A stretch of DNA of 64,000 bases, from assembly GCA_964016885.1 (NCBI GenBank), contig OZ024741.1, forward strand, positions 152,148,001-152,212,000, read 5' to 3'. Shown here piece by piece: positions 10,887-24,484 of the stretch. The number at the start of each line of letters is the position of its first letter. The stretch's first letter is position 1. The notes under the pieces were generated by a model. The model had not been told where the DNA came from, did no database searches, and saw nothing but the letters and a program-made list of their open reading frames with translations. Source of the DNA: Eledone cirrhosa. Lineage: Eukaryota. A program made the translations under genes and the position numbers.

Positions 10887-12826
10887 TCACTCCCCCTTCG
10901 TCTCCTGGGGACCAGGCCGGACGATTTCCATGGGGGTGTTTGAGGGGTTGTCTGGATGGGTGGTGGTTTCCGGCGGGGTGGGGACGGAGATGTTTGGTGG
11001 GGTGGGGTCTGGTGGGATGGGGGTGTCTGGGGTGGGGAGACATTTGAGAAGGACGCGGTTAAGTGGTTTCACGCAGGAATTCCCCACATCCTTCTCAAAT
11101 GTTTCTTTTAGGGACCTATAAGTTTGTATAGGGACCCTAATCAGTTTTAGGTTAAGTTTTTTGTTATTTTTAATAGAGTGGGCGAAAGTTATCCCTTCGG
11201 TTTTCACCGAAGGGTCGTTCGTGATAGTCTCCATTAGTGTTTTGTTTTCAGTGTTTATGTAAGTGTAAGTGTAATTTTCTTGTGTTGTGTTTGTTTTTGT
11301 CTGTAGTTCTTGTGTGTGTTTTCGTTTTGTTGTAGGTATTTTGTTTTCAGGAGGTGGGGTTTTGTTTGTTATGTTTTTGTTGTTTGTGTTGGTGGTTGTA
11401 TGTTTGTGGTAGTGTTTGCTGGTTTTTTGCTTTTGTGATGTCTTTTCTTTCTTTTCGGGCGATGGAGTTCTCCCTCGTCTTCACTGGGTGATGGCGAGAT
11501 AGCCTCATCTGTTGTATCGTCTGTGTGATTGGGGAGGAGTATGTCTTGGGGAGCTGTTGTGTCTGTATGTGATTTTGCAGTGGTTTTAGGTGGAGTGGGG
11601 TTGGGTGGGACTGTGTTTGTTGTGGTTATTTTTGTGTGTTGGTGTTGTTGTTATGGTGGTGTTGGTGGTTGTGTTGTTTTGATGGGTGTCGGCATAAGAG
11701 CCTTTTTTTTACTCATTAATTTAGGACAGGAAGCCCTCAGGTGACCCCTGCTAAAACAATGGTAACATGAAGGCCGCCTACCCTCAACCGAAAAGTTTAT
11801 GTAGGTGAGTCTGTCCAGAAGTACACGTTGTGGGATCATAGCTATTCGCTCTGGGCTCATTTGCACCAGAACTTCAATGCTAGTCCCATTGAATACATCT
11901 CTGGGGGACTTTCCTACTGACAGTATTCTATCTTCATCAAAATTGATGAAGCCGCACAGTATCCACCATGTCTTTACATTTGGTGTGACACTCGTGATTT
12001 TGATCTTTTGTGTCCTTTTTCCCATGTATGTAGGGAAAAAGGTGGACAGGTTGGATACAATTGGCGACACAGAGTAATTTTGGGCCGTCAATTGATCCTT
12101 CATGAGTACCGAAATACTCCCCAAAAGTTTGCTTCTTTGAATGAATGCAATATCATTCATTGAATTTTTGAAAACCAGTTCAATTTCTTTCTGTGACAAT
12201 TGGACTGGTTTTCAGGTAGAATTGGAAACTGTCCTAAAAACTATCGTTTTGAGAGCAGTTTCCTTGCGAATTTCTACCGGAGAATTGATGCTGAAAGCAC
12301 CATTTTTTTCGAAAGTGACATATCTCCTAGCGTCCTTTAAAAGTTGTTCGGCATTTGTTATGTCGAGATATATCAGTTCCTCCTTTTTTTGAACTGTCTC
12401 TGCAAAGGAGATTTTTGGTTTCTTTGTGGAATTATCCGTGTTGGTGGTGTTGTCATTATTGTTGTTATTGTTGTTGTTTTTCTTGTTGTCACCGATGTTG
12501 ATATTATTCGTATTTTCCTTGGTGTTGGTGTTGGTGTTGTTGTTGTCTTTGATGCTGGTGTTATTGGTGTTGTCTTTATCTTTTTCTTTGTTGTTGTTAT
12601 CATTGTTGTTTTTATCATCATTATTGGTGTTGCTGTTATTTTTGTTGTCATTGAACTGTTTGGTGTCATTTGTGTTGTTTGGATATGAATTTGTTTTTAC
12701 ATTTTCATTTCGTCTTTCCATCTCTATCGTATCTATTGAGAAGGAAAGGGAAGAAGACGATGTTGACTGCGAGCTATGTAGTCTCACCGACGCTCCACCA
12801 CCATTATCGTTGGACGCAGCGTTCAT
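10887..12826 (-). pseudogene. Tx1 ORF1 of copy 2, broken by premature stops
   Basis: ORFs 12212-12826, 11651-12199 and 10887-11234. Contains CYHCFSRGHLRASC and an Asn-rich N-terminus. Confidence 0.85.
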
Positions 12827-13043
12827 AACGTAATCAAACTTTTACAATATTTTTTCCAAAATTCGATGGAGAAAAAATTTTTCAAATGAATATTTCGCCC
12901 CTGTGGGGGCGAAAATGAGTTGACCCACCACCTGAAGGTCCAGACGGGGGTCAAGTCACACAATAATATAAAATTTAACTGAAAACTCACGTTTTTTTCT
13001 TACATAAATTAACGGAAACTTCTCTGCGATGTTACACACGTCT

Positions 13044-13172
<129 letters not shown>

Positions 13173-13388
13173 AGTTTCTATTTATTTGCCACGAGGGCAC
13201 AAAAGAAAGGGACAAATACAAGGGGGGGGTTACATAAAGGAACTAGTAAAAAACAAATAACAAATATAAAATTAACAATACAGTCCTCAATAGGGAGGAG
13301 GCGTTTTGGGAGTTACACACACCCCGGAAAAAGTGTGCAACCCTTTTCCTTAGAGATGGGGTGCTCCTTTGCACTTCCACCTTTCCAC

Positions 13389-16300
13389 CTACAGGCTGAT
13401 AAAGAGAGAAGGCCCATTCACATGGGCTATTCTCGCTACTTTCACCCACCTTTCATAAAACTTTCTGGGGTAGAGCACCTCTCTCTCCATTCTGATCCTT
13501 CTCTTAAAATGGTATTTAAAGAAAAGGACCAGTTGTTGGCCGGAGAGAAAGGTGTCTGACCTCAGCCCTTTCAAACGTGTCCACCATATCACCTCTTTCA
13601 CCATGGCTATTACACAGAGGAAGACCGCCTCTCCTTCATTTTTGAAGGGAGGAGGCGGCTTGATCGTTACAATAGACTCAGTGGTCAACCGGATTGGTCC
13701 CACCCGTGACAGCAGTCGTTCGACATAGCCCCACAGATCGGCAACGCCCGAGCAGTGTACCGATGCGTGCGCAACAGTTTCCTCCTCGCGCACGCATCTG
13801 GGACAGATTTTTTCGAGGGATCCCTACCCGTGTCTGTAGAGCTTTTCTCGAACGGGCAGCACCCCTCGGTAGCACTGCCAGGCCAGGGACCTCTGGATGT
13901 TGTCCATAAGTCACGGGCCAAATGTCCTCCCGAATAGGCTGGCCAGTTCGTCTTCTTCCATGCCTAGGGCTTGTCTGAGGGCGTCGTCGCACCTACTAAC
14001 CACCAGCCCTCTATAGAATGACGAGGTGGAGTCTCCACCGACAGCCGGGTCCGCCTGCCAGAGAGCCGTGAGCGCCTGGGCACACTCTGTGTGCCAGGCG
14101 CCCAGTTTTCTCGGTCTTTGCTTGACCTAGGACTGCAGCTCGGTGAGCGAGACGAGTCTCGGAAAGGCTCGCCTCACAAACGGGGCCCACACCGGTTGAC
14201 TGGTGAGGAATACCTGGAGGTGCCGTAGCCTTACTGCGTACATCAGGAGCCACGGCATCCGCAGCCACGGCATCCCAGCCCGCCTTTCGAAGGGTGTTGA
14301 CAGCAGATGGATCTCCTCACCAAAGGAGCCCGCTTCAAAGGAATTGGAAGAGTGCGCGCTCCATTTTGGTGAGCGTTTCCCTTGGGCAAGGCACGATGGT
14401 CAGGCGGTAATAAATGACGAACGCTATATAAGCGTTCGCCACCTCCGCTCGACCTTTCCACTCGGCCCACTTCTGGGTCAGCGCAAACACCCTGTTCGAT
14501 ACCTCACCCCAGTTCTTCTCCACCTGGAGGTCTGGCCCGAACCAGACCCCGAGCAACTTCACCGGGCCCTCCGTCCATCGTCCGACGACGCCGTTGGAGG
14601 CCATCGGTTTGCCCCTCCACTCGCCGAGTTGCAAACCGACTGACTTGTCCCGGTTCAGATTAGCCCCTGTAAACGTTTCGTATTCCTCCAGTAAGGTGCC
14701 GCAATCCCGGTTCCAAAGGGATGCCCTGTAACAACTCCAACTTCCGCAGCAGTGGCTCTAGGGCCAATACATACAGAAGGGAGGAGAGAGGGCATCCCTG
14801 TCGGATGGACCGCGTGACTTCGAACGGCGCCGAGAGGTAGCCGTTCACCTTGACCCTAGAGCAGATGCGGCTGCTGTGCATGGCAGTGATCCAGCCCCTG
14901 AAAACGGGTCCGAAACCTGCCGCCTCGAGCACCACATCCAGGTAACGATGGTCGACCCTATCGAATGCTTTAGATTGATCCAAGTTGATCAGGGCCCCAC
15001 CAAAGCCGGGGTCGTTCCCAACTCTCTCTATCATGTATCGCATGAGATGGAGGTTGTCGTAAATGGACCTGGACGGGATGGCGCATGTCTGCGCATCTCC
15101 CACCAGGTTGCCCACGACAAGCGCCAACCTCTTTGCTAACACCTTGGCCAAAATCTTTAACTCTGCATTTAGCAATGTTATCGGCCTAAAATTACTTTTT
15201 TCATCCCCCTTTTTTCTCGTCCTTCCTCACTAACGAGACTACGCTCTTGGTTACAGAACAGGGAATTCTCTTGTTCTGTTGCCAGTTGCAGTAGACCGCT
15301 TCGAGGAGATCGAAGAACAAGTACGGCATACTTAAATACAGTTCGTATGGAAGACCATCGAGGCCCGGGGATTTGCGTTTGCCGCATTGGCTCAGCACGT
15401 CCCCTATTTCAGCAGCTGAGGTCGGCCTCTCGCAGGACTTCGCCTCCTCGTCCGAAAGACGCGGCAGGCCGTCGAGGTATGGACGAGGTCCACATCCCCA
15501 TCCGGCCCCCGTCTCTTCCGAACAATCGGGCAAAGTGCCTTCGAAAGGCCTCGCACATCTGCTTAGGTTCAAGGATCACCCGACCATCCTGGTTTCACAA
15601 AGATCGGGTAGTGGATCTAGTCCCATTTTTGGCTTTTGTCACTCGGGCCCAGCTAACAGCTTTGGTCCCCTCGTTTCCCAGAGCACGTATTTCGCTTCGG
15701 ACAACGCAGCCTTCGTGTTTCGCGTCGAAGAACTGGCCCAAGGCCGTTCGCGACGCTAGCACTCTGGCTACGTCGCCGCTTCTAATTGCCTCTTCTGCAC
15801 TATCTACCAACTCCCTTTCCTTCCTATTTCTAGCTGAGGCTAACTCCTTACTAACTCCTATTGAAGCTACTCTAATCTCTCTTTTGAGAGGCCCCACCAC
15901 CTGCTGTTGACGATGGCGCTCGTCAACCGCTCCTTAACTAATGTACTAATCCGGTTCCTGTAAGCTTTACATGCCGGTAAGGACAAGTTGAGCTTCCAGT
16001 CACCGGGTCCCTGTCTATGCGTTCTATCAAGGTTGACCATGGAGGTCACTAACTTGTGGTCTGAATAGCCAACCATGAGCATATTTGGACAACTTAAAAT
16101 GTCCCTATCCTTATTTCTAACTAAGAACCTATCTAGGTACGATCTAGATTGACCGCTGTGGTTTCACCAAGTCCAGGTTGGAACAGTCGGAAAATCTAGT
16201 CGATATCTATCGGTCAGGTCGAATCGGCCGATTAACCCCTTGAGGCTGTTACAACCCCCTCTATCAGGACATGCCCCTACATAGTCCCAACGTGCATCTA

Positions 16301-16728
16301 AGATACCATTCCAGTCCCCCACTAAAAGCAAGGAGTCCGTAGAAAATCTCCAGACGCTGAAAGAAGTCCGGCCGCGTTGACTCAAAAGGGCCGTATACGG
16401 TGACCAGCCTAAAAGCTCCGCCTTCACCACTGCCAATGTCCAGAACCACTAGTCGACCCTCCGGGTCCAAGTGTACCGTCTGTGTAGCGAGACCCAGATG
16501 TTTTTGCAGCAGAACGACAACCCCACCCCCACCTCCGGGCTGACAGAGAGATGCGTGCATCTCAAAGTCATCAAAGGTGGGGGCCAGCTGTCGCACGCTG
16601 CTGATCTGGGCCTCGCAAATAACCATCACATTTATACATAGTGACCTGAGGTCATTTAGAAGCATTGCTTGCTTCGAAGGTGAGCCCAGGCCACGCGCAT
16701 TTAGACAATCTACTCTCAACACAGCCAT
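13389..16728 (-). pseudogene. Tx1 ORF2 of copy 3; multiple frameshifts, YADD motif deleted
   Basis: Fragments colinear with 7449-10853. At ~14700 the sequence jumps from PGLR to GTLLEE. Confidence 0.88.
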
Positions 16729-16752
16729 GTTGGTGGTAAAGAGAAAAGGCAC

Positions 16753-18633
16753 TTACCTCTCTGCGTCCCGGAGACCGGGCCGCACAATTTCCATGGGGGT
16801 GGGGGATGGGTTGTTGGGTGGTAGTTTGTGGAAGTGTAGGGGCATCAGTGTGTGGTGGGGTTGGGGTGTTTGGAGTTGTGGGTGTCTTGGTTGGGGGGGG
16901 GGATTTTTTAGGAGGACATTGTTAATGGGTCTGACGCAGGGGGGCCCACGTCCTCTTTAAAAGTGTCTTTTAACGTTTTGTAAATGTCCATTGGGGCTTT
17001 TATCATTTTTAGATGGGGAAGCCCCGTTGCTTGTGCGAAATTCGAACCTTCGGTTTTTATTAAGTTGTTATTATAAATAACGTTTAACAGTTTTTTTCAT
17101 TTAAGTAAGTATATGCAAATTTTTCTTTTTGCGTGATGTTTTTTGTTTGCTGTTGTGTGTTTTTTTGTGTTGATGTCTGTGTTATGTCTTGGGGAGGGGT
17201 TGTTTGTATTTGTGTTCCTGTGGTGTTTTCTTTTTTTCCTTTAACTTTATGAAAGTGCCCCCTCCCCCCCTCGTCTGACAACGGAAGGGGGTCTTCTTCC
17301 GTATTCGAGGGGAGGGGTTCATTTTCGGCTCGTGTTTGCGGTGTGGGTGTTATTGTATTTGTTTTCTGTGTGGGGGGATAGGGGGGGATTGTTTTCAGTT
17401 GTGTTTTAACTTGTGGTGTTAGTTGTTTTTGTGGTGGTGGTGGAGGTTGTGTTAGTGTTGTAGTTGTTGGTGTGGGCAAAATCGGTGTTTTTTTGTTTGC
17501 TTGGGAACAGGCAGCCCTCAGGTAACCTCTGCCACCACAGAGGTAACAAGCGGGTCGTCTACCCTCCACTGTGATGTGTAAGTAGGCAAGCCCTTCCAGC
17601 AATGTGCGGTCGGGGATCCTAGCAATTCGTTCTGGCTGCATTTACACCAGAACTTGCAGGTTAGTTCCACCGAACACGTTACTGCAACACTTACCTACCG
17701 AAATTACTGCATCCTCTTTCAAGTCGAGGAGGCCACACAGTACCGCCCAGAAATCAATATCTGGATCGATACTGTGTATGGTCAATCTTTGTGTTTTTCT
17801 TCCCAAATAAGTGGGGAAGAAGGTAAATAAGGGGGACACAATTGGGGCCAGGGAATGTTTTTCGGCCGTCAATTTATCTTTCATTCGGATGGATAGACTA
17901 CCGTAGAGTCTATCCTTCCGAATGAATACAATGTTTTTCAGATGATCTTTTAACGCCAGTTCAATCTGTCTGTGTGAGTTGTACTGGCTTACGGGTTTTG
18001 TTTGATATTGTTTTATAAATAATAGTTTTTAAGCTATTTTCCTTTTTTAGCTCTGGGGGAGAATTTAAAGAAAATAGACCATTCTCCTCCAAAGTTATAT
18101 ACTTCCGTGCATTTTCCATTTGCTGGGCCATGTTCGAAATGTCAATAGTTTCGTACACGATAGTTTTTTTTATGCTTTGCGCGAACGTCATTTTGTTCGC
18201 CCCCTCTCTGTTTACATTTGTCGAAATGTGGTTTTCTTGTTTTTTGTTGTTACAATTTTCATTTTTTGTTGTTTGTGTTATTTATGTTGGTGTATGGGTT
18301 CACATTTTTTTCCCCGTTGGGGTTAGACTCCATTTTTTCAAAATGTTCACTTATATTTTTAGTATCCGAGAGACTTGTAGTCACAGCTACTCGTTCTCTT
18401 TCACCTTTGCTGGTGGGCGTGGCACCGTGAAAAGTCGAAACGGCATCCATTAATGTTGGTAATTTCTCCGAGTCAATTTTTTTCACATTTTTTTCATTAG
18501 GGTTAGGCTCCATTTTTTAAATGTTTCTAATAATCATTATTCTTTCAGTAGGGAGGCTTGTTGCACCCGCTACCCGCTCACTTTCAGTTTGTTTAGTGGG
18601 CGTGTCATCGTTACCTGTGGTAACGGCTTCCAT
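16753..18633 (-). pseudogene. Tx1 ORF1 of copy 3, disrupted
   Basis: ORFs 17084-17641, 17642-17884, 17961-18191 and 18259-18513 match the ORF1 of the other copies. Confidence 0.8.
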
Positions 18634-19112
18634 TACCACTAGCGTAGAGACAATTACAAGATTTTTAGGATGAAAAATTTCACCCCAAAAGGGGTGAAAT
18701 AAATTAACCCTAATGTCCGAAGACCCAGGCAAGGGGGTTAATTAACACAATAACGCAAAAATACAGACAAACAATTACTGTTAACACGTAATATCTCCAA
18801 TACTTGAGGAGCCGATGTGAAGAACGTCTATACCATCCGGAGATAGATAGATAGATTTTTTTTATTTGCCAGACAAATAGATAGATAGATAGATATATTT
18901 CTTTATTTACCATAAAGGCATAAAAAGAAGGGACAAATGCAAGGGGGGAGTTTACATAAAATCGAGTAAAAAGGGTATAAAATGAAAATAATCGAAAACA
19001 ACCTCAAAAGGGAGGGAACGTGATGGGGGTTGCACACACCCCCGAAAAAGTGTGCAATCCTTTGCCCGGGGAGCACATGGAGAAGGTGCTCCCCTCTCCT
19101 TCACTTCTTTGC

Positions 19113-22100
19113 CTACAGGATGGTATACAGAGAAGGCCCATTTACACGAGCCATTCTCACCACTATCACCCACCTTTCATAAAACTGCCTGTGGCCAAGC
19201 ACTTCTCTCTCCATTCTTATCCTTCTTCCGAAGTGATATCGGAAGAAGTAGACCAGACTATGGCCAGAGAGGAAGTTGCCTGACCTCAGACCTTTCAATC
19301 GTGTCCACCAAACAACCTCTTTCAACATGGCTATTACACACAGAAAAACCGCCTTTGCTTCCTTTGTGAAGAGGGGAGGCGGCTTGATCGTCATCACGGA
19401 CTCGGCGGTCAATCGAATCGGCGCCACCCGCGACAGCAGTCGTTCGGCGTAGCCCCACAGATCAGCCACGCCCGGACATTGCACCAATGCGTGCGCAACG
19501 GTATCTTCGTGACGCACGCATCTAGGGCAAATCTTTTTCGAGGTATCCCTGCCCGGGCGCCCGTGTCTGTAGAGCCTCTCTCGAACGGGTAGAGCCCCAC
19601 GGTAGCACTGCCAGGCTAGTGACTTCTGGAAGTTGTCCATTGGTCCCGGGCCGAAAGTCCTACCGAACAGGCTGGCCAGTTCGTCCTCTTCCATGTCCAG
19701 CGACTCTCCAAGGGTGTCATCGCTCCTGCTAGCCACCAGCCCTCTATAGAATGATGAGGTGGATTCTCCACCGATGGCCTGGCCCGCTTGCCAGAGAGCC
19801 CTGAGCGCCTGGGCACACACAGTGTGCCAGTCTCCCAGTTTTCCAGGTCTTTGCTTGACCCAGGACTGCAGCTCGGTGAGCGAGAAGAGTCTCGGAAAGG
19901 CTCGTTTCACGAACGGAGCCCACACCGGTTGACCAGTGAGGAATACCTGTAGGTGCCGTAGCCTTAATGCGTGCCTACGCATCATCAACCACGGCATCCC
20001 CAGCCCTCCTTTCGAAGGTTGTTGGCAGCAGATGGATCTTCTCACCATAGGAGGGCGCTTCTTCCAAAGAAATTGGAAGAGCATGCGTTCCATGGTGGTG
20101 AGTGTTTCCTTAGGGCAAGGCACGACAGTCAGGCGGTAGTAAGTGACGGACGCTATGTAAATGTTCGCCACCTCCGCCCGACCTTTTAGGGACAGCTTAC
20201 ACTTGGCCCATTTCGGGTTAGTGCAAACACCTTGTTCGTAACCTCGTCCCAGTTCTTTTCCACCTGGAGGTCCGGTCCAAACCAGACCCCAAGCAACTTC
20301 ACCGGGCCCTCCGTCCAGTGTCCGACGACACCGTCGGGAGGCATCGGTCTGCCTCTCCACGTTCCGAGTTGCAGCCCGATGGATTTTTCCCGGTTCAGTT
20401 TCGCTCCTGACAACCTTTCGTAATCCTCCAGTAAGGTACCGATCGCCTCGATCTCCGAGTCGGTCGATACCATTACTGTTACGTCATCGGCGTAGGCCGA
20501 CACCGCTTTGCTCAATCCTGGTTCCAGGGGGATACCCTGCAACAACTCCAACTTCCTCAGTAAAGGCTCGAGAGTCAATACGTACAGAAGGGAGGAGAGA
20601 GGGCACCCCTGTCGAATGGATCGTGTGATTTCGAACGGCTTCGAAAGGTAGCCGTTCACCTTGATCCTAGAACAGATGTGGTTGCTATGTAAGGCAGTGA
20701 TCCAGCCTCTGAAAACAGGACCGAACCCAGCCGCCGCTAGCACCGCATCCAGGTAACCATGGTCGACCCTATCGAAGGCCTTAGACTGATCCAAGTTGAT
20801 CAGGGCCCCACCGAAGCCGGGTTTGTTGCCAACCCTCTCTATGATGTATCGCATGAGGTGGAGGTTATCGTGAATGGACCTGGATGGGATAGCACATGTC
20901 TGCGCATCTCCCACCAGGCCACCCACGACAAGCGCCAACCTCTTTGCTAACACCTTGGCCAAAATCTTTAACTCTGTGTTTAGCAGGGTTATGGGCCGAA
21001 AATTATTTATACTATCCCCCTTGTTCTCGTCCTTCCTCACCAGCGAGACTACGCCCTTGGCTAAAGAACAAGGAATTTTCCCGTTCTGCTGCCAATTGCA
21101 GTAGACCGCTTCGAGGAGTTCGGAGAAGAAGACCGGCATTGCTAAATAAAGTTCGTAAGGTATACCATCGAGACCTGGAGATTTGCGTCTGCTGCATTGG
21201 CTCAGCGCATCCCCGATCTCATCAGCCGAGATTGGTCCCTCGCAGGACTCTGCCTCTTCGCTCGAGAGACGCGGCAGGCCGTCGAGGTATGGACCGAAAT
21301 CCACGTCCCCGCCCGGACCCTCGCCTCCCCCGAATAATCGGGCAAAGTGCCTTTGAAAGGCCTCGCACATCTGCTTAGGCTGCCGGATCACCCGTCCATC
21401 CTCGTCTTGCAAAGACCGGATAGTGGATCGATTTCCACTCTTAGCTTCTGTCACGCGGGCCCAGCCAACGGCTTTGGCCCCCTCATTACCTAGAGCACGT
21501 ATTTTACTTCGAATGACGCAGCCTTCGTGCTCTGCATCGAAAAACTGGTTCAAGTCCGTCTTCGATGCCAGCACTCAGGCCACATCTTCGCTCTTGATTG
21601 CCTCTTCTAATTTACCTGTTAATTCTTTCTCGTTCCTATTCCTATCGGCAGCTAACATCTTGCTATAACTTATTGATTCTGTTCTAATCTCTCTTTTGAG
21701 AGATTCCCACCATCGGTTGTTGACGATTGCACCCGTCAACCTCTCCTTAACTAATCTGCTAATCCGGTTTCTGTAAGTCTCTTTTGCCGGTAAAGACAAA
21801 TTAAGTTTCCAGTAACCGGGACCCTGTCTATGTGTTTTCTCGAGATTGACTACGCAGGTCACTAATTTGTGATCTGTATAGCCAACCGTGAGCATTTCTG
21901 GACAGCTTAATATGTCCCTATCCTTACTTCTAACTAAGAATCTATCTAAGTACGATCTAGATTGACCACTGTGGTTCGTCCAAGTCCAGGTTGGCACAGT
22001 TGGAAAATCTAGTCGATATCTATCGACCAAGTTAAAACGGTCGAGTAACCCCTTGAGGCTGTTACACCCCCCTCTATTAGGACATTCTCCTGCATAGTCC

Positions 22101-22549
22101 CAACGTGCATCTAGGATGTCATTCCAATCCCTCGCTAGAAGCAGGGAACGCGACGTTCCCAGAAAAGTCTCCAAACGCTGGAAGAAGTCGGGCCGTTCAG
22201 CTCCGAAAGGGGAGTAGACGGCAACCAGTCTCAAGGCCGCACCTTCACTACTGCCAACGTCTAGCACCAACAAACGACCCTCCGGGTCCGAGTGAACAAC
22301 CTGTACGGCGAGACCCAGGTGTTTTTCCAGCAGTACGACAACCCCACCCCCACCTCCAGGTTGACAGAGACATGCATGCACCTCAAAGTCATCGAAGGTA
22401 GGGGCCAGCTGCAGCACGACGCTGATCCGAGTCTCACAGATAACCATTACATTTATACCACGTGACCTGAGGTCATTTAGAAGCTTTGCTTGCTTCCAAG
22501 TTGAGCCCAGGCCACGTGAATTCAAACATCCTACTCTTAACACATCCAT
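19113..22549 (-). pseudogene. Tx1 ORF2 of copy 4 (one in-frame TGA at 21575, one frameshift near 20215)
   Basis: APE and RT motifs are present, including YADD. Confidence 0.9.
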
Positions 22550-22582
22550 GTGGGCGGCAAAGCCAAAGGAGAGTGTAGAGAC

Positions 22583-24484
22583 CTACCTTTCTGCTTCCCG
22601 GGGTTCGGGTCGCACGACTTCCATAGGGTCGGGGTGTTGGGTGAAGGGGTGTCTTGTGGTGGTGTGGGGTCGTCAGTGTGTGGTGGGGTTGGGGTGTTTG
22701 GAGTTGTGTTGGGGAGGGGAAGGGGAGGGGGAAATCTTTTTAGAAGGACGCGGTTTATGGGTTTGACAGAGGGTGGTCCTACGTCCTCCTTAAAACCCTT
22801 TTTTAGTTTTTGGTAGAGGTTCATTGGGATCTTTATTAATTTTAAATGTGGGTAGTTTTCTGAAGAAACAAAGTTTACACCTTTTGGTTTGTACCGAAGG
22901 ATTATTGTTTATGAGTTCATTTAATTTATTATTGTTTCTGTTGATGTAAGTATAGTGTAATGTCTTTTTTCGGATGGTGTGAGTGTTTCGAAGAGGGGAG
23001 GGGCAGGTTTGGTTTTGTTTGTTGCTGGAGGGGTGTTTTGTGTTTTGTTGGATTGTGTTGACATTTGGGTAGGGGTTGTTTGGCCTTGTGTGTTTTGCAC
23101 ATGTTTTCTTTTTTTCTTTTTAATCTGTCTGAAGGATTCCGTTTCTTCCTCCGAATTCGTTGGGTTATCTTCAGTGTTGGAGGGAAGAGGTATGTTTGCT
23201 GGTAATGTTTCCGTGTTTCTTTGTGGGGGAGATGGATGTCACTATGTTAAACTGTGTTGTGTGTTGTGGATGCGGTGGTTGTGTTGTTTTATTGAGTGAG
23301 GGGTTGGGTGGGACTGTATTTTGTTTTTGGGTAATGTGTTGTGACTGTTTGTGTTGTGGTGGTGGTGTAGTTTTACTGAGGGACGGGTTGGGTGGGACTG
23401 AGTTTTGTTGTTTGTTTATCTGTTGTGGTGGTGGTGGAGCTGGTGTTGGTAGCAGGGTTTTCTTTTTGTTGAGTTGGGGACAAGCCGCCTTCAGGTACCC
23501 TCTGCCTGCACAGATATGACAGGACGGCCTTCTCCCCTCCACGCAAATGTTTATATACCCGTGGTCCTCTAATAGGATTCTGTCGGGTATTTGGGCGATG
23601 CGTTCAGGCTTCATTTGCACTACAAGTTCTATACCTGTTCCACTGAACGCATTGCCTGTGGTTTTCCCAATGAAAATCACGTTGTCATTCGCTGGATCGA
23701 TGAAGCCAGCTATGAGCCAGCAGTAGTCCACATCTGGCATCATTGCATCCAGCCATATGCGCTGAGTTCTTTTACCCATATAAGATGGATAAAAGGTAAA
23801 ATTTATCGAACGAATCGGCGACAAAGCACTTTTTTTTGCCGCCGAATCGTTCTTCATAATAATTGCTAGGCTTCCATACAGTCTGTCTCTTCTTATGAAG
23901 GTGGTTTCATTAAGTACTTCTGTAAGTACTGCTTTGATTTCTGTTTGTGTTGGCTGTTGAGGTTTTTTAGAAATGTTGTTGATGGTGCGGAAAACGACCG
24001 TCCGACTTTCAATGTCTTTGGTGAGTTCTTGAGGCATTTTTACCGATAAAATACCATTTTTCCCTTCAGTTATGTATTGTCTGGCGTCGGTAATTCTTTG
24101 TGCCACATCTGAAATATTTTCAGGTATATATGTCAAAGATTTCTTTGTTGTTTGTGCAAATGAAATATTATTGGTGTTGACTTTGTCGTCTGCTTTGCTT
24201 TCTGTTATGATGTTGTTTTCAAATGTTATTTTTGTGTTTGTCGTGTCTTTGTTTGTGGTATTAATATTGTCATGCAATTTTTCAAATTTTTTTTTTCCGT
24301 TGTTGGAATCAATGTTCAGATTTTTGTTTTCGTCATTTTTCTCCGCAGATTCGTTTGTTTTTATTTTATTTTTCTTTCCTTCTCTATGACGTTAGTTGGG
24401 AAGGAAGGGGGGGACTAAAGCGTGCGAGCTTACAACTCTTACCGCTCTCCCCCCACCACTATTTTCGTTAGCTTCGTTTAACAT
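22583..24484 (-). pseudogene. Tx1 ORF1 of copy 4, disrupted
   Basis: ORF 23171-24277 contains CHICAGRGYLKAAC. Starts MLNEANENSGGG and ends MEVVRPEPREAER*. Confidence 0.82.

Larger units (their letters stand above)
13173..18840 (-). mobile_element. Tx1-clade LINE copy 3, degenerate
   Basis: ORF2 fragments 13389-16728 and ORF1 fragments 16753-18633 (CYLCGGRGYLRAAC). GATA tracts on both sides. Confidence 0.92.
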
